Positions 36,301 through 47,758 of a stretch of 64,000 nt of DNA are shown piece after piece. The position numbers and the translations under genes are program-made. Source of the stretch: Macrostomum lignano (taxonomy: Eukaryota); assembly GCA_002269645.1 (NCBI GenBank), contig NIVC01001143.1, forward strand, positions 256,012 through 320,011. Direction: 5' to 3'. Each line of letters opens with the position of its first letter. Position 1 is the stretch's first letter. The notes under the pieces are model-generated. The model searched no databases. It worked only from the letters and a program-made list of their open reading frames with translations, and was not told where the DNA came from.

Positions 36301-39300
36301 CCGACAGGTGCCATTGCGTCGACTTCCAGCTGGTGAAGCTGCAGGAGGCGCCCGAGGCTGTGCCGCACGGAGAGACGCCCCGTCATCTGCAGGTGAATTG
36401 ACTGAGTTTCGGTGATTAGTACTGGCATAAATCTAGATATGCGATGTGGTGTGCCGCGTGTGCTCATGGTGTTTAATGTAGTGTGCTCATGGTGTTTAAT
36501 GTAGTGTGCTCATGGTGTTTAATGTAGTGTGCTCATGGTGTTTAATGTAGTGTGCTCATGGTGTTTAATGTAGTGTGCTCATGGTGTTTAATGTAGTGTT
36601 CTCACAGTGTTTACTGTAGTGTGCTCATGGTGTTTAATGTAGTGTGCTCACAGTGTTTACTGTAGTGTGCTCATGGTGTTTAATGTAGTGTGCTCATGGT
36701 GTTTAATGTAGTGTGCTCATGGTGTTTAATGTAGTGTGCTCACAGTGTTTACTGTAGTGTGCTCACAGTGTTTACTGTAGTGTGCTCATGGTGTTTACTG
36801 TAGTGTGCTCATGCGTTTAATGTAGTGTGCTCATGGTGTTTAATTGCATGCTAACTTACCAAACTGTCCACCTGTCAGGTGTACCTAGACCGCTACCAAT
36901 GCGACCGCATCGCCCCTGGCAACCGGGTCAGCATTGTCGGCGTCTACAGCGTTCGCGGCCAGGCGCCCAAAGGCAGCGGCAACCTGGGCGGCCCCGGAGT
37001 TCGCGCCACCTACGTGCGCGCCCTGGGCATCGCTCTCGAGGAGTCATCGCACGGAATCGGCGGCGCGCCTTCCGACGAGGAGGAAGAGGAGTTCCGGCGC
37101 CTGGCCGCCAAGCCGGACATTCAGGAGCGCCTGGCGCGCAGCATCGCGCCCTCCATCCTGGGCTCCGTGGACGTCAAGAAGGCCATCTGCTGCCTGCTGT
37201 TCGGCGGCTCCAGGAAGCGAATGCCCGACGGCCTCTACAGGCGCGGCGACATCAACGTACTGCTTCTGGGCGATCCAGGTATGATTAAACTGCTTTGTCT
37301 GTTATTTACCTGCTCAGCTGAGCCACATCTCACCCATGAGAGAGCGGGCAGCACCTGCTCAGCTGAGCCACATCTCACCCATGAGAGAGCGGGCAGCAAA
37401 TGCTCAGCTGAGCCACATCTCACCCATGAACGAGCGGGCAGCAAATGCTCAGCTGAGCCATATCTCACCCATATCTCCAGCAGTCCCCGCCCACCCACTG
37501 CAGGCACGGCCAAGTCGCAGCTGCTGAAGTTCGTTGAGAAGTGCGCCCCAATCGCCGTGTACACCAGCGGCAAGGGCAGCTCGGCGGCCGGCCTGACAGC
37601 GTCGGTCATCCGCGACCCGTCGTCGCGCGGCTTCGTCATGGAAGGCGGCGCCATGGTGCTGGCCGACGGCGGCGTCGTGGCAATCGACGAGTTCGACAAG
37701 ATGCGCGAAGACGACCGGGTGGCGATTCACGAGGCCATGGAGCAGCAGACCATCAGCGTGGCCAAGGCCGGCATCACCACCACTCTGAACAGCCGTTGCT
37801 CCGTGCTGGCCGCCGCCAACTCCGTGTTTGGTAAGGTTTAGGTCTTGGGTGTTTGGCAGGGTTTAGGTCTTGGGTGTTTGGCAGGGTTTAGGTCTTGGGT
37901 GTTTGGTAGGGTTTAGGTCTTGGGTGTTTGGCAGGGTTTAGGTCTTGGGTGTTTGGTAGGGTTTAGGTCTTGGGTGTTTGGTAGGGTTTAGGTCTTGGGT
38001 GTTTGGTAGGGTTTAGGTCTTGGGTGTTTGGTAGGGTTTAGGTCTTGGGTGTTTGGCAGGGTTTAGGTCTTGGGTGTTTGGCAGGGTTTAGGTCTTGGGT
38101 GTTTGGTAGGGTTTAGGTCTTGGGTGTTTGGTAGGGTTTAGGTCTTGGGTGTTTGGTAGGGTTTAGGTCTTGGGTGTTTGGCAGGGTTTAGGTCTTGGGT
38201 GTTTGGCAGGGTTTAGGTCTTGGGTGTTTGGTAGGGTTTAGGTCTTGGGTGTTTGGTAGGGTTTAGGTCTTGGGTGTTTGGTAGGGTTTAGGTCTTGGGT
38301 GTTTGGTAGGGTTTAGGTCTTGGGTGTTTGGTAGGGTTTAGGTCTTGGGTGTTTGGTAGGGTTTAGGTCTTGGGTGTTTGGTAGGGTTTAGGTCTTGGGT
38401 GTTTGGTAGGGTTTAGGTCTTGGGTGTTTGGTAGGGTTTAGGTCTTGGGTGTTTGGTAGGGTTTAGGTCTTGGGTGATTGGTAGGGTTTAGGTCTTGGGT
38501 GTTTGGTAGGGTTTAGGTCTTGGGTGATTGGTAGGGTTTAGGTCTTGGGTGTTTGGTAGGGTTGCATCAAATGCATCAAATCATCGAGGCACTAAGAAAA
38601 CTTCCTATGCACCAATGTGGCTTCTAACTTGAATTTGGTGCACTAATCAATAAGAAATAGACTATGCAAAGTAGGCTTGGCATAGTAGAGATCACTCTGC
38701 TACTTGAGTAGAACCAGTCGACCTACTATCAGTAGTCAGTACGGGGGTAGACTGCTACAAATATTACTTAAATTCTGTGCTATGCTGGAATATTCTCACC
38801 GAGTGTCACGTGACTCCACCTCCGACAGGCCGCTGGGACGAGACCCGGGCCGCCGGCGAGAACATAGACTTCATGCCGACCATCCTGAGCCGATTCGACA
38901 TGATCTTCATCGTCAAGGACGAGCACAGCGAGGCCCGCGACACCGAGATGGCCCGCCACGTGCTGCAGGTCCACCTGCGCGGCAGCGTCTTCGGTGCCGC
39001 TGCCGAAGCCGCAGCTGCCGGTGGCGCCCCGGCCGTCTCCGAGGACGAAGTGCCGCTGGACAAGCTGCGCCGGTACATCTCCTTCTGCCGGGACCGCTGC
39101 GGCCCCAGGCTGAGCGAGGCGGCCGCCGCCCGCCTGGAGAATGCCTACGTTGCCATGCGGGGCGAGGCCAAAGAGATCGAGACTGCGGCCGCCTCGTCCG
39201 CTGGCGGCGCCGTGTCTGGCAAGCACAGGTGAAGAAGGGTGCAGGGTGCACGTGAACTGGTTCATTACATGGGGTAAGCAGAGCTTAGGACAGGGCAGTG

Positions 39301-40730
39301 AGCTAAGGACAGTGAAGATAGCTAAGGACAGTGAAGACAGCTAAGGGCAGTGAAGATAGCTAAGGACAGGGCAGATAGCTAAGGACAGGGCAGATAGCTA
39401 AGGACAGGGCAGACAGCTAAGGACAGGGCGGACAGCTAAGGACAGGGCAGACAGCTAAGGACAGGGCAGACAGCTAGGGACAGGGCAGACAGCTAAGGAC
39501 AGGGCAGACAGCTAGGAACAGGGCGGACAGCTAAGGACAGGGCGGACAGCTAAGGATAGGGCAGACAGCTAAGGACAGGGCAGACAGCTAGGGACAGGGC
39601 AGACAGCTAAGGACAGGGCGGACAGCTAAGGACAGGGCAGACAGCTAAGGACAGGGCAGACAGCTAGGGACAGGGCAGACAGCTAAGGACAGGGCGGACA
39701 GCTAAGGACAGGGCAGACAGCTAAGGACAGGGCAGACAGCTAAGGACAGGGCAGCCAGCTAAGGACAGGGCAGACAGCTAAGGACAGGGCAGACAGCTAA
39801 GGACAGGGCAGACAGCTAAGGACAGGGCGGACAGCTAAGGACAGGGCAGACAGCTAAGGACAGGGCAGACAGCTAAGGACAGTGAAGACAGCTAAGGACA
39901 GGGCAGACAGCTAGGGACAGGGCAGACAGCTAAGGACAGGGCAGACAGCTAAGGACAGTGAAGACAGCTAAGGACAGGGCAGACAGCTAGGGACAGGGCA
40001 GACAGCTAAGGACAGGGCAGACAGCTAAGGACAGGGCAGACAGCTAAGGACAGGGCAGACAGCTAAGGACAGGGTGGACAGCTAAGGACAGGGCGGACAG
40101 CTAAGGACAGGGCAGACAGCTAAGGACAGGGCAGACAGCTAAGGACAGGGCAGCCAGCTAAGGACAGGGCAGACAGCTAAGGACAGGGCAGACAGCTAAG
40201 GACAGGGCAGCCAGCTAAGGACAGGGCAGACAGCTAAGGACAGGGCAGACAGCTAAGGACAGGGCAGACAGCTAGGGACAGCACAGCTAGTGCTACACGC
40301 CCTAATCCGCCAGCCACTCCCATCCGCTGCCAGGCAGGTGATCCCCATCACGGTGCGCCAGCTGGAGGCGCTGGTGCGCATCTCCGAGTCGCTGGCCAAG
40401 ATGCGCCTGGCCTCCTTCGCCACGGAGGCGGACGTGGAGGAGGCGCTGCGGCTGTTCCGCGTCAGCACGCTGGACGCCGCCAAGGAGGGCAGCCTGGCCG
40501 GGGCCGAGGGCTTCACCAGCCAGCACGATCACGAGCAGCTGGTGCAGGCCGAGCGTCAGGTGAAGCGCCGCTTCCTAATCGGATCGCAGGTGAGCGAGAG
40601 CACCATTGTGACGGACTTTGTTCGGCAGGGCTACCCGGAGCCGGTGGTGCAGAAGGTGCTGTCGCTCATGCTGCGCCGCGGCGAGATCCAATACCGGATG
40701 CAGCGGCGCATCCTGTACCGGGTCAAGTGA
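33356..40730 (+). CDS. MCM5: DNA replication licensing factor MCM5, complete, 750 aa
   Basis: Exons 33356-33507, 35180-35387, 36024-36392, 36879-37278, 37504-37830, 38829-39228, 40334-40730 (2253 nt, phases consistent). MSGFD start, zinc finger (CRSC...CPLDP), Walker A GDPGTAKS, Walker B IDEFDKM, arginine finger [16 protein letters not shown]5-type C-terminus [10 protein letters not shown]. Confidence 0.97.
35565..35818 (+). mobile_element. tRNA-derived CORE-type SINE, near full length, in MCM5 intron 2
   Basis: A box GTAGCCCAGTGG (35571), B box GGTTCGATTCC (35617), MIR-CORE-like gtgtccttgagcaagacactt...ctgtaaaatggg, (att)n tail. Confidence 0.85.
36457..36843. repeat. 23-bp minisatellite (tgtagtgtgctcatggtgtttaa)n in MCM5 intron 3
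   Basis: Direct. Confidence 0.95.
37309..37475. repeat. 45-bp repeat (~3.5 copies) in MCM5 intron 4
   Basis: tgctcagctgagccacatctcacccatgagagagcgggcagc repeated. Confidence 0.93.
37824..38562. repeat. 25-bp minisatellite (gtgtttggtagggtttaggtcttgg)n, ~29 copies, starting at the MCM5 exon 5 donor
   Basis: Direct; the unit includes the last 7 exon nt and the donor. Confidence 0.96.
39283..40280. repeat. 19-bp minisatellite (gacagctaaggacagggca)n, ~52 copies, in MCM5 intron 6
   Basis: Direct. Confidence 0.96.
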
Positions 40731-40778
40731 GCCCCCGGCAGCTTGGTGAACTTTGATTGATATGAACTCCCCGTCACA

Positions 40779-40784
40779 AATAAA
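40779..40784 (+). promoter_or_regulatory. Polyadenylation signal of MCM5
   Basis: AATAAA ~49 nt after the MCM5 stop codon. Confidence 0.65.
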
Positions 40785-41329
40785 GTGCACTGTCCTTCCC
40801 AACCTCTTCCCATACTGTAGCCGAGTTACCGTAGGCCGCACGCACCGCATCGCTGCATTTCTAACTATTAGTTAATTATTAATTTAAAACAATGACCGCT
40901 TTTTTATCCCCCACCAGAAACTAAACCTGTTTTTATTGCCGCATTTCTGCGCAACGCTCTGTTGAAATTTTCTGCACTTTTTATTGGCACAGTTCGCCTT
41001 TCTGCTCATTTAATTCAATCTTATTTTTACTCTTAATAATGCAATTCAAATTCTGAATGCCGCATTTTCGCTGAACTGCAATTCGCTAATTATAATTCTA
41101 TTTTTTATAATTTATAACTTGCTTCTACAAGTTTTTGCTCGAGTCTCCGAACAGCCGCTCTGGAGAACTGGACGCCGCCCTGACCGGCACAACAATGCGC
41201 AGTGGTCTTTTGCGTTTGCTTTGTGATTTACTATGGAAATTGGGGTGAACCGCTGCCCTGAATAGCGCAAGTTTTGTCGTGCTTTACAGGAAATCATCTA
41301 CCGACTCACCCTAGAAATCGTCTCTGGCC

Positions 41330-43467
41330 CACCCTTACCCACCCTGCATATAATCCCTGACCCACCCTTCATATAATCCCTGACCCACATTTCATATCAT
41401 ACCTGACCCATCCTGCATATCATCCCTGACCCATCCTGCATATCATCCCTGACCCACATTTCATATCATCCCTGACCCACCCTGCATATAATCCCTGACC
41501 CACCCTTCATATAATCCCTGACCCACATTTCATATCATACCTGACCCATCCTGCATATCATCCCTGACCCACCCTGCATATCATCCCTGACCCACCCTGC
41601 ATATCATCCCTGACCCACCCTGCATATAATCCATGACCCACCCTTCATATCATCCCTGACCCATCTTGCATATAATCCCTGACCCACCCTTCATATAATC
41701 CCTGACCCATACTGCATATAATCCATGACCCACCCTGCATATAATCCCTGTCCCACCCTGCATATAATCCCTGACCCACCCTGCATATAATCCATGACCC
41801 ATACTGCATATAATCCATGACCCACCCTGCATATAATCCCTGTCCCACCCTGCATATAATCCCTGACCCACCCTGCATATCATCCCTGACCCACCCTGCA
41901 TATCATCCCTGACCCACCCTGCATATCATCCCTGACCCACCCTGCATATAATCCCTGACCAATCCTGCATATCATCCCTGACCCATCCTGCATATAATCC
42001 ATGACCCACCCTGCATATCATCCCTGTTCCACCCTGCATATAATCCCTGACCCACCCTGCATATCATCCCTGACCCACCCTGCATATAATCCCTGACCCA
42101 TACTGCATATAATCCCTGTCCCACCCTGGATATAATCCCTGACCCACCCTGCATATCATCCCTGACCCACCCTGCATATCATCCCTGTCCCACCCTGCAT
42201 ATAATCCCTGACCCACCCTGCATATCATCCCTGACCCACCCTGCATATCATCCCTGTCCCACCCTGCATATCATCCCTGACCCATCCTGCATATCATCCC
42301 TGACCCACCCTGCATATCATCCCTGACCCACCCTGCATATAATCCATGACCCACCCTGCATATCATCCCTGACCCACCCTGCATATCATCCCTGACCCAC
42401 CCTGCATATAATCCATGACCCACCCTTCATATCATCCCTGACCCACCCTGCATATAATCCATGACCCACCCTGCATATCATCCCTGACCCACCCTGCATA
42501 TAATCCATGACCCACCCTTCATATCATCCCTGACCCATCTTGCATATAATCCCTGACCCACCCTTCATATAATCCCTGACCCATACTGCATATAATCCAT
42601 GACCCACCCTGCATATAATCCCTGTCCCACCCTGCATATAATCCATGACCCACCCTGCATATAATCCATGACCCATACTGCATATAATCCCTGACCCACC
42701 CTGCATATCATCCCTGACCCACCCTGCATATCATCCCTGACCCACCCTGCATATAATCCATGACCCACCCTTCATATCATCCCTGACCCATCTTGCATAT
42801 AATCCCTGACCCACCCTTCATATAATCCCTGACCCATACTGCATATAATCCATGACCCACCCTGCATATAATCCCTGTCCCACCCTGCATATAATCCCTG
42901 ACCCACCCTGCATATCATCCCTGACCCACCCTGCATATCATCCCTGACCCACCCTGCATATCATCCCTGACCCACCCTGCATATAATCCCTGACCAATCC
43001 TGCATATCATCCCTGACCCATCCTGCATATAATCCATGACCCACCCTGCATATCATCCCTGTTCCACCCTGCATATAATCCCTGACCCACCCTGCATATC
43101 ATCCCTGACCCACCCTGCATATAATCCCTGACCCATACTGCATATAATCCCTGTCCCACCCTGGATATAATCCCTGACCCACCCTGCATATCATCCCTGA
43201 CCCACCCTGCATATCATCCCTGTCCCACCCTGCATATAATCCCTGACCCACCCTGCATATCATCCCTGACCCACCCTGCATATCATCCCTGTCCCACCCT
43301 GCATATCATCCCTGACCCACCCTGCATATAATCCCTGACCCATCCTGCATATCATCCCTGACCCACCCTGCATATCATCCCTGACCCACCCTGCATATAA
43401 TCCATGACCCACCCTGCATATCATCCCTGATCCACCCTGCATATCATCCCTGTCCCACCCTGCATAT
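41330..43467. repeat. 23-bp minisatellite (cctgacccaccctgcatataatc)n, ~92 copies, with a higher-order duplication
   Basis: Direct; identical ORF translations recur at a 1035-bp offset. Confidence 0.96.
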
Positions 43468-44419
43468 TGTGCTAACTTTAATGACTGAGGCAGTAGTGTT
43501 GAACTCTAGGAGTGAGAAAGAAAGTGCCCGCTTGAGAGCTTGGCTGATTCAAATCACTAAGCTGGTCAATAACAATCGCCAATGCTAGTGAGTCAGCAAC
43601 TCAGTGCACGCAAACTATCACAAAGTTCATGGTGTCACTACATGTATGTCACACATCATCGCTGACCCATCACAAGAATGCCCCTGACTCGTCCCAAAAC
43701 AAATCGCAGAGATCCTGAGTCAATTGGGAACTTCATGCACAGAAGTGCAACTTCAAAGGCCTCGCGGGAATTGCTGTCAGTTTAGCTGCAACCTGCTGCA
43801 GTTTAGGCTTTGACAGCTGTGGGATTCCGGGAATTCCTTATTTGGCCGGGCCATGGGCCACATCGCGGCTGTGCCTCGCCAGTCGCCAGCGCTTTGCGAG
43901 GGTCCCGAGATTTTATTTGGGAAGTTGCGCCCTGCCTGCGATCGCATCTGCGCTGCCATCGTGGTTTTCCCCGGGCACCCCCCCCCGCAGCGCATAAACT
44001 TTCTCTTACCCAGCCCTTCACTCCAGCTTCCCCAGCCCCATCGCTGGTCGGCAACGCGCAGCCAGCGGGCGAAAACACGGGCTCTGTTTATTTCGCGACA
44101 TTTTCTGCTGTTACTGTGGGGGCAACTTGCTGCTGCATGGATGGCAACGGCCGCCCATTGGCCTGCAGGTCCTTATGTATATGGCAGGGCAAGCCTCTCT
44201 AAGTCGAATTGGAGTTGCGGCCATGCGTTGCAAGCAGAACAGGCGATTGTAAATTTTTATTGCACTGATAGAGACAATTCACTTTACCTGATTTTTCTAC
44301 TTTAGTGCCCGGTCTGCCGCTAAATTGATCCCCCGTGCAAAACTGAAGCTTTGAAAGCTGAGGCAGATTCCCGCTTGACTCTGCAGTTCCGCTTAAGGTA
44401 AGTCTGTATATCGCACTGC

Positions 44420-45357
44420 AGGGGAGAATGAGAGCGAAGGCGGGGAAGAATGAGAGGGGAGGGTGGGGAAGAATGAGAGGGGAGGGTGGAAAAGAATGAG
44501 AGGGGAGGGCGGGGAAGAATGAGAGGGGAGGGGGGGAAGAATGAGAGGGGAGGGCGGGGAAGAATGAGAGGGGAGGGTGGGGAAGAATGAGAGGGGAGGG
44601 TGGGGAAGAATGAGAGGGGAGGGTGGGGAAGAATGAGAGGGGAGGGTGGGGAAGAATGAGAGGGGAGGGCGGGGAAGAATGAGAGGGGAGGGCGGGGAAG
44701 AATGAGAGGGGAGGGTGGGGAAGAATGAGAGGGGAGGGTGGGGAAGAATGAGAGGCAAGGGCGGGGAAGAATGAGGGGAGGGCGGGGAAGAATGAGAGGG
44801 GAGGGCGGGGAAGAATGAGGGGAGGGCGGGGAAGAATGAGAGGGGAGGGCGGGGAAGAATGAGGGAGGGCGGGGAAGAATGAGAGGGGAGAGCAGGGAAG
44901 AATGAGCGGGAGGGTGGGAAGAATGAGAGGGGAGGGCAGGGAAGAATGAGAGGGAGAGGGCAGGGGATAATGAGAGGGGAGAGCAGGGGAGAATGAGAGG
45001 GGAGGGCAGGGAAGAATGAGAGGGAGAGGGCAGGGAAGAATGAGAGGGAAAGGGCAGGGAAGAATGAGAGGGAGAGGGCAGGGGAGAATGAGAGGGGAGG
45101 GCAGGGGAGAATGAGAGGGGAGGGCAGGGGAGAATGAGAGGGGAGGGCAGGGGAGAATGAGAGGGGAGGGCAGGGGAGAATGAGAGGGGAGGGCAGGGGA
45201 GAATGAGAGGGGAGGGCAGGGGAGAATGAGAGGAGGAGAGCAGGGGAGAATGAGAGGAGGAGAGCAGGGGAGAATGAGAGGAGGAGAGCAGGGGAGAATG
45301 AGAGGAGGAGAGCAGGGGAGAATGAGAGGGGAGGGCAGGGGAAATGAGAGGGGGCAG
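44420..45357. repeat. Purine-rich ~21-23-bp minisatellite (ggggaagaatgagaggggaggg-like)
   Basis: Direct; G-tract rich. Confidence 0.95.
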
Positions 45358-46099
45358 GAGGCTCTGTCTGCAGTGTGGATATTGGATAGCTACTTGAGCC
45401 GGACTGCATGAAAGCCCCCTTCAGAAAGCTCTGATTCGAGCCTCGGGTACGCGAGAAGTGGCCACACGCGGTTGTAATTTATGCGCAGGGCTTGACGCAG
45501 ACTTCCTGCTCCAGTGCTCTCCTGGAACTCTTGTAGCAGTTCTGCGCTGACCAGAACTACGAGCTATAGATGCGCACTCGGTCGCGCTAATAGCGGCAGC
45601 AGCGGATTCGGAAATGCGTGGCCTGTCATTCAAAACTGATGGCGCGCGCGGGTCAAGTAGGGGGCTGCTGGCCTGTCTTGTTGCGCACTTTCCGAACTGT
45701 GCTGGGTACGTTTTTTACAGAATCCATGCCGCATCTGCTATGGCAACCCGCAACCATGCAGGTCCGTTACGCTTTCCACTTCCACCCTGGAAATGATGGA
45801 CCATCGTAGAGGGAGGGAATTGCGGCCATCAGTCATCGGGTGGCGGCTGCGCGCAGCTGGCGATGAAGCAGCGACCTCCCTGTTTCTTTTGTATAGAAAT
45901 GCAACTTCTGCAGCTTCTGAAATGAGGGCTGCTGGAAGTGCGCGGCGGCTCCAACTTTATCGATCTGTTTACAAATTTTATTGCCCTGATGTAGCTCCGG
46001 TATTTGTATGCTTTTGCTAGGCTGTTTCTAGGACATTTTACACAGTTTCTATATGGTGATGCTAGACTTTAAATATCAATACGCTATTTCTATGGCGTA

Positions 46100-46750
46100 C
46101 ACATGTAGCTGTGCTGTTTCTATGTGTTTTTATGGTGCTTCTATGGTGTTTCTATGGTGCTTCTATGTGTTTCTATGTGTTTCTATGGTGTTTCTATGGT
46201 GTTTCTATGGTGCTTCTATGTGTTTTTATGTGTTTCTATGGTGTTTCTATGGTGTTTTTACGTGTTTCTATGTGTTTCTATGTGTTTCTATGGTGTTTCT
46301 ATGTGTTTCTATGGTGCTTCGATGGTGCTTCGATGGTGCTTCTATGGTGTTTCTATGGTGTTTCTATGTGTTTCTATGGTGCTTCCATGGTGCTTCGATG
46401 GTGCTTCTATGGTGTTTCTATGGTGCTTCGATGGTGCTTCGATGGTGCATCGATGGTGCTTCTATGGTGTTTCTATGGTGTTTCTATGGTGCTTCTATGG
46501 TGTTTGTATGGTGTTTGTATGCGTTTCTATGTGTTTGTATGGTGTTTCTATGGTGTTTCTATGGTGTTTCTATGTGTTTATATGGTGTTTCTATGGTGTT
46601 TCTATGGTGTTTCTATGTGTTTCTATGGTGTTTCTATGGTGTTTCTATGTGTTTATATGGTGTTTCTATGGTGTTTCTATGGTGTTTCTATGTGTTTCTA
46701 TGGTATTTTATGTGTTTCTATCGTATTTTATGTGTTTCTATGGTGTTTCC
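46100..46750. repeat. 9-11-bp degenerate repeat (atggtgtttct / atgtgtttct)
   Basis: Direct. Confidence 0.93.
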
Positions 46751-47758
46751 AAGGAGCTGTTTTTTTTCTAGAAAAATTTGCAATGCTGTTTCTAGGGCTT
46801 TTCTTCATGCTAAATTGCCAGGGCGTTGCTATGGAATCTCTAGGCCCTTGGATGCTGAGTCTGATGGCTGCAATCCAAATAGCGCCACACGGGAACAGAT
46901 CCCTACTCGCAAAAAATGGAAGTCTCCTGTTCCGCCCACTTCTCAAATATTTTCTTTGCTAAAGGCGGGGGCGCACAGAAAGAGGCTCTGAGGTGCATGA
47001 TCGATGAGCTCAGGCCTATGCATTGAGTCAACAATTAATGCAGGCGGCCCAGCCTCCCCCCCCCCCCCAGCAACCCGTGATCAGCCACTCGGCCTTCTGC
47101 CGATCAGGGCATTATCAGAACCCAATAGCAGCTGGACAGACAGAAAAAAAACATCTTTACGATATCCTAATCCCAGTTTCCTACAAAGCTTCATCATTGC
47201 CATCCGGCCGTCTGGAAGATGATAAAGCAATCAGATCGGAAAGGGGAGGATCAGCGGGGCTCAAGCGATGCTGATTAATCCGCAATCTGTCTGACTGGCG
47301 GGCCCGCGCACTCCAGCAGCTCCGGGATTCTGGGAAACGCCATTTCATCCTGCCGCACTATACCCGCGCCCCAGCAACTCGATGACGTCCTTCAGCTGGA
47401 AAGGAAAATCGCCGAGAGGATGAGTGCTTCATCTTGCCCACTTTCTCCATCACAGAGAGAGGCATTGGCGGTCTCAATCAAAGTAATGGACTCGGCTTAT
47501 TGAAGAGCAATATTGGCTCTGAGTGCCTCTACTGGCCCGCGTTTGCTTAAGTCGGATGGCCGGGGCGGGGGCCGCCAGCTCCCGATAAAAACTGGCCCTC
47601 TTGGGGAAAATTTCTGGAAGCCAACCAACCGCTTTCCAGCCCTCCCATCTGCTGCCCTAGCAACTGGAGCGAGCAGTATAGAAATCGCATATTTTGGAAC
47701 TCCGAAGGCTGCACTGAATTTTCTCGCTCTCCCCGCCTTGCACAGCTCGCTGGCACCT

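Noticed and set aside
44393-46991. Pro/Ser-rich and Phe/Cys/Tyr-rich hydrophobic ORFs of 200-340 aa
   Set aside because: Translations of purine-rich and atggtgtttct arrays.
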